A program made the position numbers and the translations under genes. From positions 1 to 24,186 of the forward strand of contig JAYUGC010000155.1 of NCBI GenBank assembly GCA_043767805.1: a DNA stretch of 24,186 nucleotides, in the 5' to 3' direction. Shown here piece by piece: positions 6,196 through 14,334 of the stretch. Positions within the stretch are counted from its first letter, which is position 1, and every line of letters starts with the position of its first letter. The notes under the pieces were generated by a model. The model saw only the letters and a list, made by a program, of their open reading frames with translations, ran no database searches and had not been told where the DNA came from. This stretch comes from Pseudomonadota bacterium (GTDB taxonomy: Bacteria; Bdellovibrionota; FAC87; UBA2466).

Positions 6196-7478
6196 CAACT
6201 AAGTTCAATCCCAAAACGTACCAAGGGAAAGACAAACTCTATGTCGCCATCCCTTCAGCGCCGCGCATATCGCGGGTTTGGATCTGGGGTGAAGGGCACC
6301 GGGAATACCGGTCCCCGGAAAACCAGAACCCCTACATGGCAAGACGCTGGGAGGACACAGGCGGAAAGAGGAAACGCACCTATCGTTTCTTCGAAAGCCT
6401 CGAAGCAGCGCGCACCTGGCAACAGGGAATCGAACAAGCCGTGGTACCGGAGCCCACAAAATCCGGACCCACTTTTCTCGAAATCATCGAGGAATGGAAA
6501 CGGCGGCGGTTCCCGGCGATGGAAGAAAGCACCACGGTTCGTTACGAAAACATGCTTGGCCTCTACTTCGATAGCCTCCTTGGGTTCACCATCCATGAGA
6601 TCACGCCCCAGCGGGTGGATCACTGGTTGGACGAACTAAAGGATCCGAAGTCGTGGACGATGAAGTCCAAGAAGCGGAAAATGTTCGACCACGAACTGAG
6701 CCTGCTTTCGACCATCCTGAAGTACTACGACAACTACCATGACGATCCCGAGTTCCGGTTTCCGATTAAGCAACGTCACAAGGACGGGGTTTGGTTGAAA
6801 CGAAGTTCGGGAGCCAAGGACAAGCAGTTGCCGGAGGAGCACTTCCTAAAATTCAGGGAAGCGCTCCGAAGTCTTCCGGAGGGGAAACTCCTCGCAGGTC
6901 TTGCGACGGTGCAGTACTACCAGGCCCTTCGGATTTCCGAAGTGGCGGCGCTCTACTGGGAAGATGTCTATCTCGACCAGGAGAACCCGAACCAGTCCCG
7001 CCTCAAGGTCCGTCGAAAGGTGTTCTGGCCCCGAAAGAAAGGACGCAAGTCTTGTGTCCAAGACGGGTTCAAGAATGCCGGAAGCGGCCATAACGAAGGC
7101 ATGAAGGAGCAACCTCTCTTCCCTGAAAGCCACGAGGCACTGGCGGAAAGGCATTGCCCCGGGGCGCGAGGACTCGTGTTCGAGATCGAAGGCACGCACC
7201 TCAAGTACGGCCTCCTACAGCACCGTTACGACAAAGCGTTCAAGAAAGCAGAGCTTCCCTACAGTGGCACTCATGTCATGCGCCACGGCGGATGTTCCCG
7301 GCTTTTCGACGAGCGCGGAGACCTGGGAGTGGCCAAACAGATCCTCGGCAACTCGTCGCTCAGGTCCGTTGAGGTCTACGCCCGCCGATCGAAGACGGCA
7401 CTTACCGACGTTGCGAAACAACATTGGGAGAAAAAACGTCTGAGACTGGTGGTTAGTGGTGGTTCGGAAAATCGTTAA
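6192..7478 (+). CDS. int: Tyrosine recombinase / site-specific integrase
   Basis: 428 aa; ALRISE (R), THVMRH (HxxR), ILGN (usually LGH), EVYA (Y); ends 42 nt from the tRNA 3' end. Confidence 0.95.
   Translation: MTTKFNPKTYQGKDKLYVAIPSAPRISRVWIWGEGHREYRSPENQNPYMARRWEDTGGKRKRTYRFFESLEAARTWQQGIEQAVVPEPTKSGPTFLEIIEEWKRRRFPAMEESTTVRYENMLGLYFDSLLGFTIHEITPQRVDHWLDELKDPKSWTMKSKKRKMFDHELSLLSTILKYYDNYHDDPEFRFPIKQRHKDGVWLKRSSGAKDKQLPEEHFLKFREALRSLPEGKLLAGLATVQYYQALRISEVAALYWEDVYLDQENPNQSRLKVRRKVFWPRKKGRKSCVQDGFKNAGSGHNEGMKEQPLFPESHEALAERHCPGARGLVFEIEGTHLKYGLLQHRYDKAFKKAELPYSGTHVMRHGGCSRLFDERGDLGVAKQILGNSSLRSVEVYARRSKTALTDVAKQHWEKKRLRLVVSGGSENR
7446..7465. repeat. Arm-type repeat inside integrase 3' end
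   Basis: CTGGTGGTTAGTGGTGGTTC identical to 239-258; two TGGTGGTT units 10 bp apart. Confidence 0.8.
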
Positions 7479-7518
7479 CTGAAAACCGCTTGTGCTATCG
7501 GAAGGTTAGTAAAAACAG

Positions 7519-7593
<75 letters not shown>

Positions 7594-7606
7594 ACAGAGA
7601 ACCCAG

Positions 7607-7635
7607 GTCTTAGCATGGCCTTGGCCGCCCGGCAA
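7607..7635 (-). promoter_or_regulatory. Sigma70-like promoter of tRNA-Pro
   Basis: TTGCCG-17 nt-TAAGAC with extended TG, 13 nt upstream of the tRNA. Confidence 0.5.
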
Positions 7636-7766
7636 AACGATGCCCACGTAGCCTAAAGTTGCACAGGCACCTTTTGTAGCTTTTCGAGGCAATTGTTTGC
7701 CAACTCCCCCTGTCATAACGCATCATTGCCGTCGCATTCTGACCCTTCCAGGAGAGGCTTGATTTC

Positions 7767-10148
7767 ATGAACAACCGGTTTTGGCGGCGGATCCTTATCG
7801 ACTGGTCGACCCCGCTCACCTTCTTCTTCATCGCCCTGGCTCTTTGGGGCGGTTACGTCAGCAAAGACATCGAGCTGAAACTCTCCCTGACCGACCTCTT
7901 GCCGCAAGACAACCCGGCGGTGACCAAGTTCAATAAGCTCACCGAAATCGTGGGCGGCGTGGGGTACACCGAAATTCTGCTCCATGCGAAAGACAAAAAA
8001 TCTCACCTGGAGATTGCCCAGAAAATCGTCGACGAGATGAAGACGAGCGCTCTCGTCCGCAGCGCCTTTTTCCACCGCGAAGAGCACTTCTTTCTAACTC
8101 GCGCGCTGTATTACGCCGACATGACCAAGCTCACCGAGTTGGAGAAGACGGTGGACACGGGCATCCAGACCGCTAAGCGCAAAGCTTTCGATATCGGCCT
8201 CTGGGAAGACGACAAGACGAAAAAGGAAGAGCCCAAAAAGCTCGATCCTGAGTTCAAGAAGTTCGCCGATCGCACCGAGCGCTTGTCCCCCTATCTCCTT
8301 TCGGCCGATGGCGAGCACCTCCTGGTCATGGTGAAGCCGAGCTTCGATTCCTTGGACATGAAAAAGAGCAAGGAGCTCGTGAAGTTCACTGAAGAGACCC
8401 TGAAGCGGGTCATTCCAACGGATAAGATCGAATACGTCATCTCCGGCCGCTATTTCAGCAAGGTCAAAGACGCCGAGGTCATCGAGGAAGATATCTTCAT
8501 TCTTGGCATCCTCTCCAACGTCGTCATGGCAATTGTGCTCCTCCTCTATTTCCGGAGCATTGCCGCGGTTATTTCCATTTTCACGCCCGTGGTGCTGGGA
8601 CTTGGCGTCACGGCGCTCATTACCCGTTACACCATCGGGCACGTGAACATCATTACGGGCTTTCTCGTCGGAATGCTCGCGGGCGTGGGCTCCGATTACG
8701 GGATTCATCTACTTTGGCGCATCCGCCTAGAGCAGCGCGAGGCCTCGAGCGCCGAGCCCGACGTGCTGTGGAGAACGCTACTCACCTGCGGCTGGGCTAA
8801 CTTCGTGACCTTAGTCACTACGAGTTTGTGCCTCTTCCTCATGTGCGGAAGCAATTTCAAGGTCTTCTCCGAGTTCGGTTTCATGGCGGGAGTCGGTCTC
8901 GGCGCCATTCTCATCACCAAGATGTGCACCTTCTATTGCACCAGCAAATGGCTGAACCTCGAAAAAGTGATGACGCGGGAAAAGTTCCCGTTCCATGGCT
9001 GGCGCCTGCCCATGCTGGAGAGCAAGCGCTCTTACGTCATCGCCCTCGTCGTGACGGGCCTTCTCTCGATTTACATGGTGAAAGTCGGCTTCGAGTTCGA
9101 CTTCGAGAAGATGCTCGAACATTCCCAGTCCATTCGCATCGCCGAAAAGATGATCGACGATATCTACGACCGCTCGACGACGCCGTCGGCGTTTGCCGCC
9201 AATTCCAAGGAAGAGGCCGTGGCCATCGAAAAGTTCCTCAAAGATCACTACATGCCGAGCATCGTATCGAGCGTCGTGAGCGGCGGCAGCATCATTCCCC
9301 CGGACCAGCAGGAGAAATCGATCATCGTGGGGCGCATCCGTAAGCGCATCGAAAAGCTCTCCGACCGATCCATCCGCGAAGGCGCCGGCGCGCCCGCTAA
9401 ATCCATCCGGGACTGGGTCAACGCGAAGCCTTTCGACTGGGCGGACTTGCCGGTGTACGTGCAGGAAGCGCTCCGCGGCCAGAAGCAGTCTCAGTACCTG
9501 CTCTACGTCTATCCGACGGAACATTTGAACACCGGCGGCGCCGTGAACCGGTTCGCCGGCATGATCAACGACGTCGACGCGCATTTCCCGGATATCGTCA
9601 GCGGCTCGGACGCGGGAATTTTTTCCGAGATTCTCGAGCTCATCAAACGAGACGGTCTCGTCTTGATGATGCTCATCGTGGTGCTCATCGGCGTGTTCAT
9701 CTGGATCAACTTGCGCGATTTGACTCACACGTTGCTGTCGTACGTCTCGTTTCTCATCTCGATGCCGCTCGGTATCGGCCTGATGGCGCTCTTCGGCGTG
9801 AAGTTTAATATCTTCAACGTGGCGCTGCTCCCGGTATTCATCGCCGCAGGTATCGAGATTCCGATTCAGCTGATGCAGCGGGCGGGCGAGATCAAGTCCG
9901 GCTATAAGGGCGTGCATGACATCGCGGTAAGCTTGCAGCTTTCCTTACTGACAACTCTAGTGGGCTTTGGTGTCTTGATTTTCACCCGGGCGGGAATTTT
10001 AAAAAGCCTCGGCTGGATGTCTATTCTCATGATCCTTTCGGGGTGGTGGGTTGGCCTCTTCATTCATCCGGCGATTCTCGAGCGCTACTTCATCTGGGAA
10101 AAGAAGCGCCACGCACGTTGTGCCAAATCGGGTCATGCGCCCGTTTAG
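7767..10148 (+). CDS. MMPL/RND family transporter
   Basis: 793 aa; two repeats of (TM, large soluble loop, 5 TM); LTDLLPQDNP and GSDYGIHL motifs; RBS GGAGAGG. Confidence 0.92.
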   Translation: MNNRFWRRILIDWSTPLTFFFIALALWGGYVSKDIELKLSLTDLLPQDNPAVTKFNKLTEIVGGVGYTEILLHAKDKKSHLEIAQKIVDEMKTSALVRSAFFHREEHFFLTRALYYADMTKLTELEKTVDTGIQTAKRKAFDIGLWEDDKTKKEEPKKLDPEFKKFADRTERLSPYLLSADGEHLLVMVKPSFDSLDMKKSKELVKFTEETLKRVIPTDKIEYVISGRYFSKVKDAEVIEEDIFILGILSNVVMAIVLLLYFRSIAAVISIFTPVVLGLGVTALITRYTIGHVNIITGFLVGMLAGVGSDYGIHLLWRIRLEQREASSAEPDVLWRTLLTCGWANFVTLVTTSLCLFLMCGSNFKVFSEFGFMAGVGLGAILITKMCTFYCTSKWLNLEKVMTREKFPFHGWRLPMLESKRSYVIALVVTGLLSIYMVKVGFEFDFEKMLEHSQSIRIAEKMIDDIYDRSTTPSAFAANSKEEAVAIEKFLKDHYMPSIVSSVVSGGSIIPPDQQEKSIIVGRIRKRIEKLSDRSIREGAGAPAKSIRDWVNAKPFDWADLPVYVQEALRGQKQSQYLLYVYPTEHLNTGGAVNRFAGMINDVDAHFPDIVSGSDAGIFSEILELIKRDGLVLMMLIVVLIGVFIWINLRDLTHTLLSYVSFLISMPLGIGLMALFGVKFNIFNVALLPVFIAAGIEIPIQLMQRAGEIKSGYKGVHDIAVSLQLSLLTTLVGFGVLIFTRAGILKSLGWMSILMILSGWWVGLFIHPAILERYFIWEKKRHARCAKSGHAPV

Positions 10149-10243
10149 AGGGACCGGTACACTAGAATAGTGCGGTCTTAATCCCAACTTGGAAAAGCGC
10201 TTGGTTTTAGATCCCGTCCTCAAGATGAAGTTTACGTAACAAG

Positions 10244-11752
10244 TCACCTAGGCCCAATGGTTCCTAGAACGGTGTCATAGAGCTTCGTTTCGAGGAGGAA
10301 GGCGCGCACGACTTCAGTGGGGGTGTGGCCCTGCTTTAGGCGGCCCAGTCCCTTGAGCTGACCCGCGACGACGGTGGAGGCGAGCGTCCCATCCACCAGC
10401 GGATCGTGGCTCCAGTTGTGGACGAGCATTTTCACGGCCTTCGTTTCTTCCGTCATGAACTGCAGCTCTTTGGATCGGAGCCAGTCGTAAGCATCCCGGC
10501 CGAACTCGGCTTTCAGCTCGGGAGGAGCCAGGCGGACCAAGTCCTTCCACTCGCGGTTATACCAATTCTCGGTAATTTCCTGGCTGGGGTTCTTCTTGCC
10601 GCGAGCGTCCCACCAGCTTTGAAACCGCGCGGGCTCGAGACCGAAATCGCCGGTATTCATGGAAGCTTGCAAGGCGTTGAGTAGATGCTCCATGGCCTCT
10701 CGGTTCACGTCTTTCGGGATGAAGCGGACTTCCAGTCCCCAAAGAGGCGCGAGACCGTCGTACTTATCGGGCCCGCGTACCGCCACGAAGCCGAGCTTCA
10801 GAGAATCTCCCAATTTGGGAGTTCCTTCCTGGCCAACGTCGCGGAAGAAATCGAAAGTGCGGTGCATGCGGAAGGCATCGAAGCTATCGAAGGCGATGGC
10901 GTTTCCCACGTCTTTTTCGACGATACGCGTGCCATGCTCGACGATGGCCATCATCTCGACCGCGAGATTCGCGCGGCGCACGAAATCGGTCATGCGGGCC
11001 GCCTCGAGCTCGCCTCCGCTTTTGAGGCGCTCGGCGGGAAGGGGCGAGACGATATGAGCGTGTTGATGCGGGGCCACGAGCCCGATTAGCTCCAGGAGCT
11101 CGGAGGCGTTGCGGCTCACGGTTCCCGCCGGAACCTCGTGCCCCGAGGCGCTTTGCCCTCCACCCACTCGCAAATGAAGTTCCAAGAGTGAGACGGCCTC
11201 CGCGGCCTTCGCCCCGCCGAACTCGATTTTCTGGATGAGTTGTCCCAGCGCCACGCGGTGATCGCCCGCCGCAAGACTCGCGCCGAAGAGCGTCGCCGGC
11301 TTATTAAGATGAATCTGAACTTCGGGCCGCACCACTAAGCCGTCGAAGAGACGGTGGCGGAAAAAGCTCGCTCCCGCTTTCCGTTTTTCCGCGACGTAGC
11401 GGAGAAGCTTTTGTTTTTGCCCGAGGGAAAGCATGTCCCACGGCAGGTTCTCGACGGACCCGTGCCCCAATCGAGTCGCCAAGGCCGAGTACTCGGAGGC
11501 GAGCCAAGGAGGAGGGGCGAGGCCGCGCAAAAGACCGCTGACCCGCTGATTCTCGGTCGTCAAAAACGAGAGGAGGCGCTCGCTCATGAAAAGCTCGAGC
11601 TCGATGGCGGTGTCTTGCCCGCCGGTGACCGGCCTCGAGCGAACCGCGGCAAAGACCCGCTCGCAGGGGGGCGCGGGAAGGGCGAGGTGAGGCCAGGCGA
11701 GAGCCGTTAGCCAAAGCACGAGCCCGAGTGAAGTGGTGAGACGTCTAAACAC
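10244..11752 (-). CDS. Exported hypothetical protein with carboxylate-amine-ligase-like motifs
   Basis: 502-aa ORF with signal peptide; AIELELF, HQHAH and GLEVRF in the order seen in COOH-NH2 ligases. Function is inference. Confidence 0.75.
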   Translation of the reverse strand: MFRRLTTSLGLVLWLTALAWPHLALPAPPCERVFAAVRSRPVTGGQDTAIELELFMSERLLSFLTTENQRVSGLLRGLAPPPWLASEYSALATRLGHGSVENLPWDMLSLGQKQKLLRYVAEKRKAGASFFRHRLFDGLVVRPEVQIHLNKPATLFGASLAAGDHRVALGQLIQKIEFGGAKAAEAVSLLELHLRVGGGQSASGHEVPAGTVSRNASELLELIGLVAPHQHAHIVSPLPAERLKSGGELEAARMTDFVRRANLAVEMMAIVEHGTRIVEKDVGNAIAFDSFDAFRMHRTFDFFRDVGQEGTPKLGDSLKLGFVAVRGPDKYDGLAPLWGLEVRFIPKDVNREAMEHLLNALQASMNTGDFGLEPARFQSWWDARGKKNPSQEITENWYNREWKDLVRLAPPELKAEFGRDAYDWLRSKELQFMTEETKAVKMLVHNWSHDPLVDGTLASTVVAGQLKGLGRLKQGHTPTEVVRAFLLETKLYDTVLGTIGPR

Positions 11753-11764
11753 GTCTCAGCGATA

Positions 11765-11780
11765 AGCGAGGGCCATGCCA
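11765..11780 (-). promoter_or_regulatory. Sigma54-like promoter
   Basis: TGGCAT-GGCCC-TCGCT 12 nt upstream of GTG 11752; palindrome GAGCCTA-AC-TAGGCTC at 11798-11813 just upstream. Confidence 0.55.
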
Positions 11781-11893
11781 ACCGCTTGTCTTAACTTGAG
11801 CCTAACTAGGCTCGCGCACGCAAAAAGAATACGGGTTACGATGACGGGATTTGTCCGGGCGGGGGCCGTGTTACGGCGCGAGGGAAAAAGGGC

Positions 11894-11932
11894 AAAAAAA
11901 AAGACGGCCCTCTCCGCAAGGAGAAGGCCGTC
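11894..11932 (-). terminator. Intrinsic terminator
   Basis: GACGGCC-C-TCTCC / GCAA / GGAGA-A-GGCCGTC stem with a 9-A run on its left (U9 tail on minus). Confidence 0.85.
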
Positions 11933-11943
11933 CATCGGAACAA

Positions 11944-12051
11944 TCAGATCGTCGTGCCGTTGTAGGTAACCGTAGCGCTTAAGCCGCAAGCGGTGAAGGT
12001 TACCCTGATCACGTTGGCCGAGGCATCCATGAACGAGTAGCTACCGCCGCA
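11944..12051 (-). pseudogene. Possible C-terminal gene remnant or small ORF
   Basis: Reads CGGSYSFMDASANVIRVTFTACGLSATVTYNGTTI*, stopping 11 nt before the terminator; in-frame stop upstream at 12070-12072. Confidence 0.5.
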
Positions 12052-12141
12052 GCGTCGTCGTGCTTTTGGTCAAAGGACTGATACACTTTCGAAAGGATCT
12101 TCCTTTAGCTTGGAAGAAGACATCTTTTGAAGGAGCAACTC

Positions 12142-12555
12142 ATGATCCCTCAACTCCGCGTTCCCTTTCTCTTTGCCTTGGCGCTGCTGACTAGCTGTGG
12201 AGCCGGCAATACGGAAACCCAAAAGCTTGGGAAGACCGGCCAAGTTTCTCGAGGGTCGAACGGGACGCCAACTCTTGTCAAAACCTTGCAGTGCCGCATC
12301 GCCGATGCGTCCAATCGAAATCCCGTCAACGTTCCGCCCGTCGTGCAGCGCGGAGAGGCATCCGTCACGCCGGGCTTCGTTTACTTTCGGGGGCACCGAG
12401 CCGACGTGATTCATCAGCTCGCCGAAGGTGGTGAGGACACCGCCCGTCTCACGCTGCGGGTCGACGACACCGTCTCTCACGTCTTTAATGCAACCGGCAT
12501 CGATAACGCCCAGCTGCTGGGGCGGGATTATCTTTTTCAATGTGCCTTCGAGTAA
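12142..12555 (+). CDS. Hypothetical lipoprotein
   Basis: RBS AGGAG before ATG 12142; signal with lipobox LTSC; 137 aa. Confidence 0.75.
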   Translation: MIPQLRVPFLFALALLTSCGAGNTETQKLGKTGQVSRGSNGTPTLVKTLQCRIADASNRNPVNVPPVVQRGEASVTPGFVYFRGHRADVIHQLAEGGEDTARLTLRVDDTVSHVFNATGIDNAQLLGRDYLFQCAFE

Positions 12556-12632
12556 AAGCGAGAGTATCAATTTTAAGTAAACCTGCATCCTTTGATTACC
12601 GGTTCTAGCTCCCGTCCGTTACCTTTTTTTAC

Positions 12633-12800
12633 ATGAAGCTAACGGCACTTTTGAGTTTAGTTCTCGTCGGAACTTCCCTTCTCGGATCGGAGCGCCCGGA
12701 GATCAAGCCTGTATCCTCAAAAACTGGAAACTTCTTGAAAGCGGACCCGGTCGTAAGGGCAAGCCAAGAGGAGAGGCGCCGCGCAAAGAGCGAAAAATAG
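12633..12800 (+). CDS. Small secreted protein (55 aa), below ORF-track cutoff
   Basis: MKLTALLSLVLVGTSLLGSERPEIKPVSSKTGNFLKADPVVRASQEERRRAKSEK*; signal-like N-terminus; fills an intergenic gap; no SD. Confidence 0.5.
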   Translation: MKLTALLSLVLVGTSLLGSERPEIKPVSSKTGNFLKADPVVRASQEERRRAKSEK

Positions 12801-12835
12801 GATGCAAAGCGTTCCGCGCGGACCCATACCTTCTA

Positions 12836-13876
12836 TTATAGAAGATGTTGCCGTTTCAGGAGTGGCTTCAAGCGGGAGGCCAAAAGCGAGGCGAGACGCG
12901 CGTTCCCCCGGTCAGTGAAATGCTCGGTGGGACTCAGATAAAGAGCGGGATCGGAGGCGAAGGTCTCCACGGCATCGAATACCTCGATTTGGTGGCGTGC
13001 CGCGAAGTCGCCGATCTCTCTGCGCATCTCACCGAGTTCGAAGCCATTTGGCCCGAACGCCGAAAGCACGGGAAGAAGGGCCAAGGAAAAGTGAGTGCCC
13101 TTGGCGTCGCAGTAAGCCTTCATCGCTTCCAGCTGCGTCAGCCCATGGGCGCGGTTATTCTCATAAAGCCATTGGTACCATTCACGGCTGGCGAGCTTCG
13201 GATCGAGAGGAGATCCCCATCGGTGCGCGCGGTAGAGAAGCTTTCCTAGAAACCAAGGAAGCTTGAAGAAAGGTTGCTGGTACATCCGATAGAGTCCATT
13301 GTCGGCGCCTTCAAAGGGAGTATCTCGCCGCGCGAAATCGTTCGGATTCAGGAGATAAATGACTTCATGGGCGCCGTAGAGATCGTTTTTTACCTCAAGA
13401 AAACGGGCAAGTTCATCGAGACCGTAACCGGGCACGCCGAAGTTGAGAACTTTGAGGTGCGTGTGCCCGGGATCGAGCTTGTCTTGAAGCCGCTCTGAAA
13501 TCGTTTCTTCTTGGGAGAAGCCGACGCCAAAGGCGATCGAGTCTCCCAAAAGCGCTATTCGATAGCGCTCGGTGCCGACGCTATTTTCCGAGTCCCGGAT
13601 GCCGAATCGATTGATGGAGAGGCTTCTTCCTTCCAGCGAGAGGGTAAAGCCGGGAGTCAGCTCGTAGGCGAGAGCCCGATCGGAAGACGCCTGATAGTAA
13701 TGCGCCTTGTCCCGTTTCAGCGCCGCCCAATTAAAAGTTAGATAGCCGGCGTAGATCTGGCAGACGAGTTCAACGGCGAGCACCGTCGAAACTGCGATCA
13801 AAATCAAACCAACCCCGAATAGAAGCGGGTTTCGGACTCTCGGGGAAGTTGTAGCGAGGGAAAGCAGCTGCTCCAT
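12836..13876 (-). CDS. Membrane-anchored SGNH/GDSL hydrolase family protein
   Basis: N-terminal TM; LLGDSIAFG, NFGVPGY, NPND and C-terminal His (PTEHFTDRGN). Confidence 0.88.
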   Translation of the reverse strand: MEQLLSLATTSPRVRNPLLFGVGLILIAVSTVLAVELVCQIYAGYLTFNWAALKRDKAHYYQASSDRALAYELTPGFTLSLEGRSLSINRFGIRDSENSVGTERYRIALLGDSIAFGVGFSQEETISERLQDKLDPGHTHLKVLNFGVPGYGLDELARFLEVKNDLYGAHEVIYLLNPNDFARRDTPFEGADNGLYRMYQQPFFKLPWFLGKLLYRAHRWGSPLDPKLASREWYQWLYENNRAHGLTQLEAMKAYCDAKGTHFSLALLPVLSAFGPNGFELGEMRREIGDFAARHQIEVFDAVETFASDPALYLSPTEHFTDRGNARLASLLASRLKPLLKRQHLL

Positions 13877-13900
13877 TATAGGCGGCCGGCTCTTGAAATG

Positions 13901-13934
13901 GAAACGCCGCTCCGGTTTCCCGGAGCGGCGTTTC
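13901..13934 (-). terminator. Intrinsic terminator after the 81-aa gene
   Basis: Perfect 15-bp stem GAAACGCCGCTCCGG/CCGGAGCGGCGTTTC, GAAA tetraloop on minus, weak U tail. Confidence 0.75.
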
Positions 13935-13954
13935 TTAAATGAGTTCGACGGAGC

Positions 13955-14200
13955 TTAGTGGTGCACTTTACCTTTGATGCACTCTTTCAAAGCTTTGCCC
14001 TTCAACGTGGCATCGCCCTTCAAGCATTCCGACTTCGCTTCTTTGTAGCTGACCTTTACGTTAGACGCGGCCGTCTTGGACGTCTCAACCGTTTTGGTCT
14101 CGACCGTCTTCGTCGCTTCGACGGCAGAGGCCGGCGCGGCGGGCGGATTGGCGAACACGGGCATGGCGATCAAAGCGGACAAGAGGAAAAGTTTCTTCAT
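13955..14200 (-). CDS. Small secreted PsiF-like protein
   Basis: 81 aa; signal peptide, Ala/Thr/Lys linker with TKTVE repeat, C-terminal ECLKGDATLKGKALKECI resembling a PsiF repeat; RBS AGGAG. Confidence 0.75.
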   Translation of the reverse strand: MKKLFLLSALIAMPVFANPPAAPASAVEATKTVETKTVETSKTAASNVKVSYKEAKSECLKGDATLKGKALKECIKGKVHH

Positions 14201-14334
14201 GATGGAATCTCCTAAGTTGAGCGGCTCTTTTGGAGCCCCTCGGTTACTTTTAAGTATCGGCTCCGTAGGTGTGATGGAGATGAGCCGAAACTAAGGTTTT
14301 CCTTAGGTAGGTAACTAGGCATAACTCCTTAAGA

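Noticed and set aside
8094..9917. Long antisense ORFs (204 and 368 aa) within the MMPL gene, and similar shadows elsewhere
   Set aside because: Typical antisense open frames of GC-biased coding DNA; no motifs.
12070..12588. 172-aa minus ORF
   Set aside because: Antisense to a lipoprotein ORF that has a good RBS and lipobox.
14220..14334. Several short hairpins (e.g. CTAAGG-TTTT-CCTTAG) upstream of the PsiF-like gene
   Set aside because: Stems of 5-6 bp with no recognisable riboswitch or regulator consensus.
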